A stretch of 64,000 bases of DNA from Nitrospira sp. (GTDB lineage Bacteria > Nitrospirota > Nitrospiria > Nitrospirales > Nitrospiraceae): positions 928,001 to 992,000 of the forward strand of contig AP038806.1 in NCBI GenBank assembly GCA_047150005.1, in the 5' to 3' direction. The stretch's first letter is position 1. Each line of letters starts with the position of its first letter. The notes under the pieces were generated by a model. That model was not told the origin of the DNA and searched no databases. It saw only the letters and a list, made by a program, of their open reading frames with translations. The translations under genes and the position numbers were made by a program. Below are positions 1 through 10,061 of the stretch, piece by piece.

Positions 1-267
1 ACGGCGATGGCGGAGCGCCCCGATTCGAGCGAACTGCTCTCAACGATTGCGCGGCCGGTCCTGGTGATCGTCGGCGAGGACGACGTCCTGACCCCGCCGG
101 CCGACGCCGAACGGATCGCACGGGGCATTCCTGGAGCCCGGCTGGTCACGATTCCCGATGCGGGGCACTTGAGCAACATGGAGCAGCCGGACCTGTTCAA
201 CCAAGCCCTGACGGAATTCGCGGACGGACTTTCCGCCGCGAAGCGTTCTCCGCCAAACCAACCTTAG
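1..267 (+). CDS. alpha/beta hydrolase, C-terminal part (5' truncated by window)
   Basis: [14 protein letters not shown]...[13 protein letters not shown]: acid and His catalytic motifs of alpha/beta hydrolases. Confidence 0.85.
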   Translation, partial: TAMAERPDSSELLSTIARPVLVIVGEDDVLTPPADAERIARGIPGARLVTIPDAGHLSNMEQPDLFNQALTEFADGLSAAKRSPPNQP

Positions 268-1922
268 GCCAGGTCTCCCACCCCGTTCCGGCTGATCAGC
301 TTGAGAAATTCCGCGCGAGTCTGTTGTTGGGTCCTGAACGCGCCGAGCATGGAGCTGGTGACGGCGATGGTGTTCTGTTTCTCGACGCCCCGCATCATCA
401 TGCAGAGATGCTGAGCTTCCATGACGACACCGACGCCGTGCGCGTTCAGCTTCTGCTTCAACGTTTCGGCGATTTGCGTCGTCAGCCGTTCCTGTACTTG
501 TAAACGGCGGCTGAACACGTCCACGACGCGGGGGATCTTGCTGAGGCCGACGACTTTTTTGTTCGGCAGATAGCCCACATGACACTTCCCGAAGAACGGC
601 AGCATGTGGTGCTCGCAATTGTGCGTGAGATGTCCTGAGACAAGAAAGGTTGGAAACGGTTTGCATTGAAAACTGTATACGGTATGAGGCTTATTGGCGT
701 TGGGAACCCGGCCGACTTCCTCAACGACGGCAAGTGAACTTTCAGCAGGAACATAAAAATCCGTCAGTTTCCTAAAACCATGGCGTCGGTACCATCCAGC
801 CTCTGCCCACCGTGAGGACACGTATAATCGCCAACACTCCTCTCGCTCTCCGGATGCTCTGGCCAACGGTGTCTGCAAATAGGCTCCCAACTGCGCCATA
901 AACTTCTTATTCGTACTGATGATCGTGCGACTGTTTTTATAGGCGCTGGAACCGTCGCCGTCGCAGTACCCGTCTAAGAACCCCTGCATCATTTCCTGTG
1001 AGGCCGTCACGACGTCTGGAAACTTGAACGCCTGAGTCTTGCTTCGCGAACCCTGTTCGCTTATCCCGAGCCACCGGGATAGTTTTCCACCTACATCTCT
1101 AGACACCACCCGGACTCGGTACATTGGAATTTTCTGCCCGAGGAATCCGGAAGGAACTCTTACTTTCTCGATATCCGGGGGCCGCGACAGTAAAAACGCT
1201 CTCGCAAACATCTCTCGATATTTCTCCGCAAACACCTGCCTTTTAACTACAAGGCAGATTCTTCGACCTTCCTGGATGCTTCCATCTGCAGCTGTGGCTC
1301 CTAAAACATATCCTAGGGCATACCCCTCAACGCACTTGTGCGCAACACGGCGCAAAGATTTGGGATTGATCCACTCAATCTTGGTCCCTACCTTAAGAGA
1401 TTGCGCTTCTTCCCAGCCGTGTTCGGTCATGAGGGGGTGATCCGGAGTGAGTCGAATCGTGCCTTGATCGGTTCTGATTCTATAGAGATCCCTTGTTTGC
1501 CTCGACGTCACTCTGGTCACGGTCGTCTGGTCCAGATAGCCACGTTCCAAGGTCCACAACCGATCGCCGACGGTAACCGAAGCCGCCGGTTTTGCTCCAG
1601 CAACCGCATTCACCACTTGCTTACTTGGGACGCACATGCTGAAGAAGTCGATGTCTTTGACAATGACCATCTCGTCGTATTCGATCGGAAACATCGCGCC
1701 GTTGAGGAGCTGATCAATGTTGTGATGATAGCCCTTGGTCATGAACTGCAGCGCCTTGGCGACGCGCTCGGGCGTCTTGAGCAGGCCGTTGCGGCTCGGC
1801 GACTCTCCCAGCGCCTCGAGCAGCTGCGCGACGAGGGATTGAACATGTCCTTCGTCGGCAGGTCGCTTGATCGGCGGGAGATCTTCGATGCGTTGCAAGG
1901 CACGACGGCGTGGTTTAGCCAT
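264..1922 (-). CDS. folE: GTP cyclohydrolase I precursor containing an intein
   Basis: [22 protein letters not shown] | [27 protein letters not shown] and HLCMMMRG motifs, split by a 339-aa insert. Confidence 0.95.
   Translation of the reverse strand: MAKPRRRALQRIEDLPPIKRPADEGHVQSLVAQLLEALGESPSRNGLLKTPERVAKALQFMTKGYHHNIDQLLNGAMFPIEYDEMVIVKDIDFFSMCVPSKQVVNAVAGAKPAASVTVGDRLWTLERGYLDQTTVTRVTSRQTRDLYRIRTDQGTIRLTPDHPLMTEHGWEEAQSLKVGTKIEWINPKSLRRVAHKCVEGYALGYVLGATAADGSIQEGRRICLVVKRQVFAEKYREMFARAFLLSRPPDIEKVRVPSGFLGQKIPMYRVRVVSRDVGGKLSRWLGISEQGSRSKTQAFKFPDVVTASQEMMQGFLDGYCDGDGSSAYKNSRTIISTNKKFMAQLGAYLQTPLARASGEREECWRLYVSSRWAEAGWYRRHGFRKLTDFYVPAESSLAVVEEVGRVPNANKPHTVYSFQCKPFPTFLVSGHLTHNCEHHMLPFFGKCHVGYLPNKKVVGLSKIPRVVDVFSRRLQVQERLTTQIAETLKQKLNAHGVGVVMEAQHLCMMMRGVEKQNTIAVTSSMLGAFRTQQQTRAEFLKLISRNGVGDLA
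618..1634 (-). mobile_element. Intein with LAGLIDADG homing endonuclease in FolE (339 aa)
   Basis: Starts with Cys (CVPSKQVV); block [19 protein letters not shown]-like [11 protein letters not shown] and [12 protein letters not shown]; ends LTHN followed by C(+1). Removal restores DFFSM-CEHH. Confidence 0.95.
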
Positions 1923-1949
1923 GGAGATTCCTATCCTTCGCGAATTCGT

Positions 1950-2360
1950 TCAGCATGACCCGGCCGGAGCCGCGTACTCGAAATAGTTGTCCCGTGTTTC
2001 GATCACGCCCACTTTTTCCAGCATTCCGGTCGGCAGCTTGGGCGCCAGCAGGTTCCAGATGAGCTTGACCAGATTCTCGCCGGTTGTGGTGAGTGCGGAA
2101 AATTCCGAATCCTGATTCAGATCCTGATGATCGAACCGTTCGACGATCGTTTCCTCGACAATCCGGTCCAAGCGCTCCAGCGGAACGGCGTCTCCGCCGG
2201 CGCCGCTCCGGACCGTGACCAGGACGACATAATTATGGCCGTGGCCGTTCGGATTGTTGCACTTCCCGAACGCCGCCCGGTTCTCTTCGGGCGTCAGGTG
2301 GTCGGTATGCAGCCGGTGTGCGGCGCAGAACCGATACCGTCTGGTCATGGTGAACTGCAT
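1950..2360 (-). CDS. queD: 6-pyruvoyl-tetrahydropterin / 6-carboxytetrahydropterin synthase
   Basis: FCAAHRL, CNNPNGHGHNY, FDHQDLN and TTGENL motifs; adjacent to folE; start could be a few codons downstream. Confidence 0.85.
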   Translation of the reverse strand: MQFTMTRRYRFCAAHRLHTDHLTPEENRAAFGKCNNPNGHGHNYVVLVTVRSGAGGDAVPLERLDRIVEETIVERFDHQDLNQDSEFSALTTTGENLVKLIWNLLAPKLPTGMLEKVGVIETRDNYFEYAAPAGSC

Positions 2361-2387
2361 GCGTGTCCGTGGATCCGGAGCCCCCGC

Positions 2388-2433
2388 GAAAAACGAAAAG
2401 CCAGGATCGCCCGTTCGAGCGAGCGACCCTGGC
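2388..2433 (-). terminator. Putative rho-independent terminator after erpA
   Basis: Minus strand GCCAGGGTCGCTCG-CTCGAA-CGGGCGATCCTGGC followed by TTTTCGTTTTT. Confidence 0.6.
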
Positions 2434-2485
2434 TTCCTTCGTCACTCCCTATCGTCGGCGCTCGTACGGCAAGCCCGTGAGCCGT

Positions 2486-2806
2486 TTATGCGCTGAATGA
2501 GCTGCCGCACCCGCAGGTCGTCTTGGCTTGCGGATTCTTGATCGAGAATCCGGAACCCTGCACGCTGTCCACGTAATCCACTTCCGCGCCCTGGAGGAGC
2601 GGTGCGCTCTGGGAATCCATGATGACCTTGACGTCGCCCTTTTCGATTACGGTATCGTCTTCGGCCATCTTGGACTCGAATGCCATGCCGTACTGATAGC
2701 CGTGGCAGCCGCCGCCGCGGACGTAGATCCGCAGCCCGACCACGTCCTTTTCTTCCTTCATCAACTCTTGAATCTTCTGTTCCGCCACCGCTGTGATCGT
2801 CACCAT
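2486..2806 (-). CDS. erpA: Fe-S cluster insertion protein, ErpA/IscA family
   Basis: GGGCHGYQY and TTCGCGSSF motifs. Confidence 0.9.
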   Translation of the reverse strand: MVTITAVAEQKIQELMKEEKDVVGLRIYVRGGGCHGYQYGMAFESKMAEDDTVIEKGDVKVIMDSQSAPLLQGAEVDYVDSVQGSGFSIKNPQAKTTCGCGSSFSA

Positions 2807-2874
2807 CGTGGGCCTCCTTACTCGTCAGCCAGACCTTCCGGGCCTGCCTGGATTCGCTTTAGTGTAACACCTCT

Positions 2875-3222
2875 CTACCGAATATCAACACCCCGCGCCT
2901 CTGATTGTCCCGTGGTCGGCGCCGCCCACTTGGTTTCCGGCACTTTCACCACGACGTCGCCCAGGATCTTGGCCTGACATCCGAGCCGATGCCACGGCTC
3001 GCTGAGCGCTTCGCGGTCCAACAGATCCTGTTCCTCGAAATCGATCTCCGACAGATGCTCTCCCCCGCTCTGCACTTCGACGCGGCAGGTCGTGCAGGAA
3101 GCGTTGCCGCCGCAGTCGTGGTTCAACGGAAATCCCAACTCCTTCGCGGCGTCGAGCAGGGTGGTATTCCGCGGCACCGTGCCGCTCTTGCCCTTCGGAT
3201 GAAGAAACGTCACGCGAGGCAT
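2875..3222 (-). CDS. 2Fe-2S ferredoxin (adrenodoxin/ISC type)
   Basis: HDCGGNASCTTC...RLGCQ; start taken at MPRVTF. Confidence 0.9.
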   Translation of the reverse strand: MPRVTFLHPKGKSGTVPRNTTLLDAAKELGFPLNHDCGGNASCTTCRVEVQSGGEHLSEIDFEEQDLLDREALSEPWHRLGCQAKILGDVVVKVPETKWAAPTTGQSEARGVDIR

Positions 3223-3232
3223 CCACCCCTCG

Positions 3233-4534
3233 TCAATGGACCGTCGTGTCGACCGGCGCGGCCGGGTAGGGACATCGCCGCAAGCGAATGTGCTCTTCGA
3301 ATTCATGTCGGAACAGCTTCAGGCTGCTCTGCACCAACACAGCCGCACCGGTCACGAGCGTACAATACCCCGTTCCCTTCACAAAACCACAGAGCTGGAG
3401 CAAGCTGTCCAGGTCCTTCTCCGTGCCTTCGCCGGCTTCGATCTTGGTCATCAGGTTCGCGAGGTTGATGGTGCCCATCCGGCAAGGCGGGCACTGGCCG
3501 CAACTTTCGCCTTTGAAAAAATTCGAAAACTTCAGCGTCTGACGGACCATGCAGGTCGCGTCGTCGACCACGATCACGCCGGCCGATCCGAGTCCGGTGC
3601 CCGCCTTCTTCAGCGAATCAAAATCCATCGCCAGATCCAATTGGTCGGCGGTGACCATTGAGAACGCAGGACCGCCCGGGAACACTGCTTTGATCTTTCG
3701 CCCGCCCGGCACGCCGCCGCCGCAGGTTTCGATCAATTCCCGGATCGTGATCCCCATCGGCATTTCATAGACGCCGGGACGGTTGACCGCCCCGCTCAGC
3801 GAGAACATCATCGTCCCCGGACACTTTTCGGTGCCGACCTGCGTGAACCACTGGGCACCCTTGGACAGAATGCGCGGGATGTTGCACAGCGTCTCGACGT
3901 TATTGACGAGCGTCGGCTTACCGTAGAGACCGAAGTCCGTCGGATAGAACGGCGGCTTTTGGCGCGGCATCGCGGGCCGGCCCTGCATGGATTCCAGCAT
4001 CGCCGTCTCTTCTCCAGCCACGTAGCTGCCGTGTCCTTCGAACACCTGGAGATCGATGTCGATGCCGCTGCCGAGAATGTTCTTCCCGACGAAGCCCCGC
4101 TCCTTGGCTTGAGCCAATGCCCGCTTCAGATTCTCGCGCTCCTCCTCGTACTCGTGATTCACGTAGATGAAGGAGGCCTTGGCCTGGGCGGTGTGGGACG
4201 CGATCAGACAACCTTCGATCAACTGATGAGGGGCCGTTTTGAGCAGATGGCGGTCTTTGAATGTCCCCGGCTCATGCTCCCCGGCATTGCAGACGAAATA
4301 GTGCTCTTTTACCCGGTGATTTAAGACCTTGTCCCATTTGACGCCGGTGGGAAATCCGGCCCCGCCGCGGCCCCTGAGACCGGAGGCCTTGAGCTCCTGG
4401 ACCACCTGTTCCGGAGAGAGTTCTCGAACACATTTCTTCCAGGCCTCATACCCCCCCACCTTGAGATAGGCGTCGATATCCCAGGGCGGCCCGTCGAGCT
4501 TTTGTAAGACACGAGGTTCCGTCAACGTCACCAT
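3233..4534 (-). CDS. nuoF: Stand-alone NuoF-like FMN/4Fe-4S NADH-binding subunit
   Basis: SGLRGRGGAGFPTGVKW, GEETAMLES and ESCGQCPPCRMG motifs; no other nuo genes adjacent. Confidence 0.85.
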   Translation of the reverse strand: MVTLTEPRVLQKLDGPPWDIDAYLKVGGYEAWKKCVRELSPEQVVQELKASGLRGRGGAGFPTGVKWDKVLNHRVKEHYFVCNAGEHEPGTFKDRHLLKTAPHQLIEGCLIASHTAQAKASFIYVNHEYEEERENLKRALAQAKERGFVGKNILGSGIDIDLQVFEGHGSYVAGEETAMLESMQGRPAMPRQKPPFYPTDFGLYGKPTLVNNVETLCNIPRILSKGAQWFTQVGTEKCPGTMMFSLSGAVNRPGVYEMPMGITIRELIETCGGGVPGGRKIKAVFPGGPAFSMVTADQLDLAMDFDSLKKAGTGLGSAGVIVVDDATCMVRQTLKFSNFFKGESCGQCPPCRMGTINLANLMTKIEAGEGTEKDLDSLLQLCGFVKGTGYCTLVTGAAVLVQSSLKLFRHEFEEHIRLRRCPYPAAPVDTTVH

Positions 4535-4543
4535 AGTGCGGGT

Positions 4544-4572
4544 ACTATACGGGGGCCGGGGCGGCCCGTCAA
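4544..4572 (-). promoter_or_regulatory. Sigma70-type promoter for the nuoF-like operon
   Basis: Minus strand TTGACG-N17-TATAGT ending 10 nt before the ATG. Confidence 0.6.
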
Positions 4573-4707
4573 GGCAAGGAGAAGAGAATAGGCCTGAATC
4601 TCAACAGGTTAGGACCACAGCCCTAGGGTGGACTGGGCATATTGGTCTGGGAAACCGGTAGATGTACGAGGCCGGTCCGACGAACCGGACCGACCTCGCA
4701 ATATCGA

Positions 4708-5295
4708 TTACTTGAAGTGGCTGCCTGCGCCCATGAAGAACAGCATGGGAATGGACAGGAGGAAATTGACGCGGGAGGCCAGCAACGCCGTACGGCCCCA
4801 CTGGGCCATCTCGGCCGGAGCCGGTGTGCCCTGTGCCGCCGCTGTCACCGCCGCAATGATTTTCTTCTGGTTGGGCCAAATGACGGCATGCACATTCGCC
4901 ATCATGATGATCCCCAACAGGCCGCCGATGGCAAGGGCATAGGCGCCGGTCCCACCGTGCATATACAACTTGCCATACAGCAGGATCCCCGCGAGCACCG
5001 TCACGGTCGCGCCGTGACGAAACCAGTTCAATGCCGACGGCATCAGTTTCGGGATCACGACGTTCTTCGTCGGACCATCCAGGCTCTTCATGAACGCGGC
5101 ATTGATCAGATTGAAGAAATACAGCAACCCGATCCAGGTGATTCCCGCCAGGAAGTGGATCCAGCGCAACAGAATTCCGGTCCAATCCGCGTCGCCCGCG
5201 CCGACACCCGAGATGCCGAGATAGACAATGATCAGCACGACGGAGAGCGCGAAACCGGCTCCCATCGTTTGCATAGGATCTTCAAGAAACTTCAT
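4708..5295 (-). CDS. Membrane protein, DUF989/PuuD N-terminal-like
   Basis: LRWIHFLAGITWIGLLYFFN, IMMANVHAVIWPNQKK and SRVNFLLSIPMLFFM motifs. Confidence 0.75.
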   Translation of the reverse strand: MKFLEDPMQTMGAGFALSVVLIIVYLGISGVGAGDADWTGILLRWIHFLAGITWIGLLYFFNLINAAFMKSLDGPTKNVVIPKLMPSALNWFRHGATVTVLAGILLYGKLYMHGGTGAYALAIGGLLGIIMMANVHAVIWPNQKKIIAAVTAAAQGTPAPAEMAQWGRTALLASRVNFLLSIPMLFFMGAGSHFK

Positions 5296-5472
5296 AGATT
5301 CCCCCGTTCGGTGTAAGGCTGCAAGCGTGTAGCTGTACTGTAGCGCCTCTTCCGTTGTCAAGCGTGAGGGCACCGGCGCGCTCACGGGGCATGAGACAGT
5401 TGTCCCGGCGTCCTCCCCGAGACCGCAAGGCCGGGGCTCGTTCAACGTGGCGAACGGGCCGGCGCGTCACGC

Positions 5473-6411
5473 TCAGGCCATCAGGCGATCGACCGTCAGA
5501 CACAGTTCCCGCACCGCCTCCGCTGAGGCGGAGAGCGCGCTACGCTCCTCGGGGGTCAACTCGTACTCGACGACCTGCTCGGCCCCGCCCCTACCGATCT
5601 TCACCGGTACGCCGACGACGACGTGCTTGAGTCCGTATTCGCCGTCGCACAGCACGGCGCACGGCAACACCCGCTTTTGATCCCGATGAATGGCCTCCAC
5701 CATGTCCACGGCCGAAGCGGACGGCGCATAGAAGGCACTGCCGGTTTTCAGCAGTCCGACGATTTCGGCCCCGCCGTCTCTGGTGCGCTTTACGATGGCG
5801 TCCAGCCGCTCCTTCGGCAACAGCTCCGACACCGACCGGCCTTTGACCGTCGTATACCGTGGCAGCGGCACCATGGTGTCGCCGTGTCCGCCCAACACCA
5901 TCGCCTCCACCTCGGGACCGGGGACGTTCAACTCGGCGGCGATGAAGGTGCGCATCCGCGCGGAATCGAGCACGCCGGCCATGCCGATGATCCGGGATTT
6001 CGGCAAGCCGCTCACCCGGAGGGCCACGTGCACCATGGCGTCCAGCGGATTGGTGACCAGGATCAGAATGATGTCTGGAGAGCGTGAAACCAGCTCGGTC
6101 ACCACCGACTTCACGATCCGAGCATTGGTGGCCAGAAGTTCATCGCGACTCATACCGGGCTTGCGCGGGATGCCGGACGTGATGATCGCGACCGACGAGC
6201 CGGCGGTGGCTTCATAGCCGTTGGTGCCGACCACCTGCGTGCTGTAGCCGCAGACCGGGCCGGCCTGCGAGATGTCGAGCGCTTTTCCTTGCGGGACGCC
6301 TTCGATGATATCGACCAGCACGACGTCATAGGCGTCCTTTTCCGCCAATCGTTGCGCCGTGGTGCCGCCGACGTTTCCCGCGCCGACTACGGTGATCTTG
6401 GGTCGCTTCAT
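5473..6411 (-). CDS. mdh: Malate dehydrogenase (LDH-like)
   Basis: [30 protein letters not shown] and GGHGD motifs. Confidence 0.95.
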   Translation of the reverse strand: MKRPKITVVGAGNVGGTTAQRLAEKDAYDVVLVDIIEGVPQGKALDISQAGPVCGYSTQVVGTNGYEATAGSSVAIITSGIPRKPGMSRDELLATNARIVKSVVTELVSRSPDIILILVTNPLDAMVHVALRVSGLPKSRIIGMAGVLDSARMRTFIAAELNVPGPEVEAMVLGGHGDTMVPLPRYTTVKGRSVSELLPKERLDAIVKRTRDGGAEIVGLLKTGSAFYAPSASAVDMVEAIHRDQKRVLPCAVLCDGEYGLKHVVVGVPVKIGRGGAEQVVEYELTPEERSALSASAEAVRELCLTVDRLMA

Positions 6412-6420
6412 ACGTCCTCC

Positions 6421-6522
6421 GGTCAGTCCTGAGTCCTGAGTCCTGAGCCCTGAGTGCTGAGTTAACAGAATGCGGCCAGGGCTAGGCCCCCCTCAGCACT
6501 CAGCACTTTCAACTCAGCACTC
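6421..6522. repeat. Heptamer tandem repeats (GTCCTGA/GTGCTGA array, then inverted TCAGCAC array)
   Basis: gtcctgagtcctgagtcctgagccctgagtgctgag ... ctcagcactcagcactttcaactcagcactc. Confidence 0.85.
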
Positions 6523-6526
6523 CTCC

Positions 6527-6931
6527 TCAGTGTTCGTGCTCCGTCCACCCCGCCACCTTGAAATTGATCGTACACACGAAGTTCTCTCCGTGGTAGAAAT
6601 TGACCTTGATCTTTTTCTTGCCGTACGTCCGGGCCAGAAACTCCTCCGGATTGTCGACCAGTTCCTGATAGCCGCCGGCCGGGTATTCACCGAGATCGTG
6701 AAAGACCACGATCATACCCACTTTGACTTCCTGCAGCACCTTGATCGAACACCGAGGATAGACCTCCCAGAACTTGGCCTCGATCATGTCCTTCGTCGGC
6801 TCGGGACGGTCTTCGCCCGGTTTGACCGGCTGCGCGAACTTCGCCAAGCGGCGCACGTAGGGATACTGGTGGCCCGTGAAGAGCTTGTAGAGCCACGGCG
6901 GCACGGTCGGCTTTGTCGATTGATTATTCAT
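6527..6931 (-). CDS. Hypothetical protein
   Basis: ORF with protein-like composition between the VWA gene and mdh; start taken at MNNQST. Confidence 0.7.
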   Translation of the reverse strand: MNNQSTKPTVPPWLYKLFTGHQYPYVRRLAKFAQPVKPGEDRPEPTKDMIEAKFWEVYPRCSIKVLQEVKVGMIVVFHDLGEYPAGGYQELVDNPEEFLARTYGKKKIKVNFYHGENFVCTINFKVAGWTEHEH

Positions 6932-6945
6932 GTTTCCATTTTTCA

Positions 6946-9900
6946 CTAGGCCGTCAGCCTCTGATAAATCCGCGGCAGCTTCGCCGGAAGCGCCTCGGCA
7001 CGGTCGATCACCGCATAGCCCACGTCCCCGTACATTCGTCGAAGGTATGTATCCGATTCCCGGTCGATGGTCACGCAAAAGGGAATGATGCCGCGCCGCT
7101 TCGCTTCCTGCAACGCCGCCTTCGTGTCCTCTAGCGCATAGTCGTCCTTATACTCCCCGTCCAACGGCCTCCCGTCGCTCAGCAGCAGCAAGAGGCGTGT
7201 TTTCGCGTCGTGAGCCAACAGCTTCGCCGATGCATGGCGGACCGCGGCGCCGTCCCTGTTTTGCTGTCTCGGGCGGAGACCGCCCACCCGATGAGCGGTG
7301 GTGCTGCCCAGCCGCTCGTCGAAGTCCTTGATGGTCAGGAACTCGACCGACGTGCGGCCTTGCCCGGAATAGGCGTACAGAGCATAGCGATCGCCCAGGG
7401 CATCCAGGGCTTCACAGAGCAACACGAGGCTTTCCTTCTCGACATCGATCACCCGCCGCGTCCCATCCAACTGTTTGCCGGTGGACCCGCTCACATCAAC
7501 CAGGAATGCCGCCGCCACGTCGCGCTCACGCTTCTCTCGTCTGAGATAGACCCGATCGCTCCCTTCGGCCCCTGCGAGAAGATCGCCGAACCGCCGCACA
7601 ACGGCATCGAGGTCGATATCCTCCCCATCAACTTGCCCCGATATGCGCCGCCATGACGGAGGGCGCAGGCATTCGAACGCCCGCCGCAGCGCCACGATTG
7701 CGCTGCGATGCGCCGTCAGCACCGAGGACACGCACTCGTCCGACCCGGCTTCGGCCTGCCGCTCGATCACTCGACACCAGTTCACCCGGTAATCCTGAAT
7801 GGCGGTGTCCCATTCAGGGTAATACACCGCTTGTGCCCCGTCGGCTCGCGTCTCGCGCGTCGGCCGGGCAGCCACGTCGAGCGCCAGCAGCTCCTCCGCC
7901 ACGGATGGGAGTGATCGGCCGCCGCCCAGGACATCCTTCGCCGATCGGTGGTCGTCTTGGTGAGATCGCTGCCCCTCGGACGATGGGGCCGTCGACTGCT
8001 CGTCCGCATGCGGGGATCGTCCGCCGTCGTGCGGCTGCGCCGTCTCGTCGCCGCCCCGTGTGATGAACTCGGGATTCATCTCGCCGCGATAGGCCCAATT
8101 GGTCACCGGCCGGTACAGATCCCCGCTGTGCTCGGAGGAGGGCGGCCCCATGCCGACGTCCTGCTCCTCGTCGCGCCGGTCGCCGGCGATCATCTCAGCC
8201 CGCGGCGCCAGCAGCTCTTCCATCCGCACGTACACCTCGTGCGCGCAACGGACCGAGTCTTCGGCCGACGATGCTCCCGCGAGCACCGGTTGGCACAGTT
8301 TCCAGAGGATGGCCACTTCATCGCTCACCCCATGGGGAACCGCAGTGTCCGCCGACTCCCCGGCCGTGAGCCGCAAAAGACAATCCACGATCAATTCCTT
8401 TGCGGTCAAGCCTTGGCCCGGATCGCGCGGCGTCACGGCCTCTTCGGCCAGCCGGGCCAGGTCCTGGCGCAACCCCGGATACTCTTCACGCAGCAATCGC
8501 TCGACTCGCGCATCTTCCAGCACCATCCACAGGTCTTGAATCAACCCAGGATGCGGATAGAGACGAAACAGCTCTGCCAGCGACGTGACCGGCGATTCGA
8601 TGGCGGGACCGTATCGCTCCTTGACGCTCTCGCAGAGATCGGCCAGCGACTCGAGCTTCAACCGATAGGTCCCAAACTCCAGGTGACCCGCTTCATGGGC
8701 GGCCATGACCAGATACAACCGCTCGTTCCGGTCCGCGGTCGGATAGCGCCGCAGCAGAGCGGGCAGCAAGATCGTCCGAGCGTCGGCACTGACGGTTGCG
8801 CGAGCCGTGGTGGAGACGGCGGAATCGGTAAGAGCCGCCACGGCGACGTCGGTCCCGCAGAGCCCTTGAATAAACAGCTTCACTCGGCGGGCGATCCGTC
8901 TGAGCGGCACCCCGCTCAAGGCCTGTTCGACCGACGCGAGGGCCTTGTGCGTCTCCGTCGCAAAGTAGGCCCGCGCGCCTTCGGCATTGTACGCCAGTAT
9001 TTCCATGCCGGATGTGAACCACTCTTCAAAACGGGACCCGGCATCAGGAGTGTCGCCGATCAGGACGACGACGTCCGGGGCGCGCCGGAGATAGGCCAGG
9101 GCCGATTCGGCGTCTTGCTCCGCCACCAGCAGACCGTATTGGAGAACCTTCAATCGCAGATCGGTCGACGGCAACGAGCGCAAGAGGCGCGGAGATTCGG
9201 CCAACCACTCGATGCCGGCCTGCGGCGCGCGCCCGGCCAGGAGGGCGCCCAGAGCCACGACCTTGGATCGAAGCGGGCTCGGGTCGATGTCCCGCAGAAT
9301 GGCGGGACTGGTCCGGAGAAACTCGATCGTCGCGACGTAATCCGGCTTCCCCAGGCTGTTCGGCGTGATCAACATCATGCCGAACGACAGCCACCGCCGC
9401 ACCTCGTCCAGCGGCAGTACGGAAACGAGGGCCGGAATCTGTCGGATGTATTCGAGCCCGACCACGACGTCGACCGCCGTCAGCTCGATGCCGACCTCGA
9501 GCCAGCCGCGCAGATGCTCGCCGGGCAGCGAGGACACGAGCTGGGGAGCCGTCCGAAGATACTCGAAGGCGACGTTGGGATCCTGATCGGCCAATTCCAG
9601 GCAGATCGCAAGGACGTCCGCTCGCGACGCGGGAGGCTCGATGACGGCCAAGATCAGGGGACTATCCCTGAAATATCGAAGCGCCGTCGCGCCGGAGGAC
9701 TCGGACAGTGCGACGCCCAGATCGAGCCACGCGAGCACCGAGGACAACGCGTTGCGACGATCCAGTTCCGGAAACGCTTCGATCGCCGCCCGAGCCGCCT
9801 TCGCGGACACGGAGTCCAGCTCCTCCAAGAGGGTCAGCACGGCGGCCGGCGGGACCGATTCGCCGGCCAAACGCCGCCCCAATTGCCCGGCCGCGGCCGG

Positions 9901-9957
9901 ACCGAGCTCCGTCGCGAGACGGGCGAGGAGCTGTTGCTGTGCTGGTACGCCGGTCAT
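6946..9957 (-). CDS. NorD/CbbO-like VWA-domain AAA+ adaptor protein
   Basis: YPEWD, DGEDIDLDA, MIDAS DVSGST, NRDGAAVRHA and LSDGRP motifs; long helical N-terminus. Confidence 0.85.
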   Translation of the reverse strand: MTGVPAQQQLLARLATELGPAAAGQLGRRLAGESVPPAAVLTLLEELDSVSAKAARAAIEAFPELDRRNALSSVLAWLDLGVALSESSGATALRYFRDSPLILAVIEPPASRADVLAICLELADQDPNVAFEYLRTAPQLVSSLPGEHLRGWLEVGIELTAVDVVVGLEYIRQIPALVSVLPLDEVRRWLSFGMMLITPNSLGKPDYVATIEFLRTSPAILRDIDPSPLRSKVVALGALLAGRAPQAGIEWLAESPRLLRSLPSTDLRLKVLQYGLLVAEQDAESALAYLRRAPDVVVLIGDTPDAGSRFEEWFTSGMEILAYNAEGARAYFATETHKALASVEQALSGVPLRRIARRVKLFIQGLCGTDVAVAALTDSAVSTTARATVSADARTILLPALLRRYPTADRNERLYLVMAAHEAGHLEFGTYRLKLESLADLCESVKERYGPAIESPVTSLAELFRLYPHPGLIQDLWMVLEDARVERLLREEYPGLRQDLARLAEEAVTPRDPGQGLTAKELIVDCLLRLTAGESADTAVPHGVSDEVAILWKLCQPVLAGASSAEDSVRCAHEVYVRMEELLAPRAEMIAGDRRDEEQDVGMGPPSSEHSGDLYRPVTNWAYRGEMNPEFITRGGDETAQPHDGGRSPHADEQSTAPSSEGQRSHQDDHRSAKDVLGGGRSLPSVAEELLALDVAARPTRETRADGAQAVYYPEWDTAIQDYRVNWCRVIERQAEAGSDECVSSVLTAHRSAIVALRRAFECLRPPSWRRISGQVDGEDIDLDAVVRRFGDLLAGAEGSDRVYLRREKRERDVAAAFLVDVSGSTGKQLDGTRRVIDVEKESLVLLCEALDALGDRYALYAYSGQGRTSVEFLTIKDFDERLGSTTAHRVGGLRPRQQNRDGAAVRHASAKLLAHDAKTRLLLLLSDGRPLDGEYKDDYALEDTKAALQEAKRRGIIPFCVTIDRESDTYLRRMYGDVGYAVIDRAEALPAKLPRIYQRLTA

Positions 9958-10061
9958 GATTTCCGTTTCGGTCCATGCAGGGGCTCGGATTGTAAAGGAG
10001 CCCCTGCCGCTTGTAAACTAGCTTTCGGTCCTCTTTCATCCTTCAGAATAGGAGCCCTGCC

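Noticed and set aside
264..2360. folE-queD as a 7-deazaguanine DNA modification (dpd) system linked to the R-M island
   Set aside because: No dpdA/tgt-like, queC or queE gene is in the window, and the pair lies about 25 kb away in a housekeeping context.
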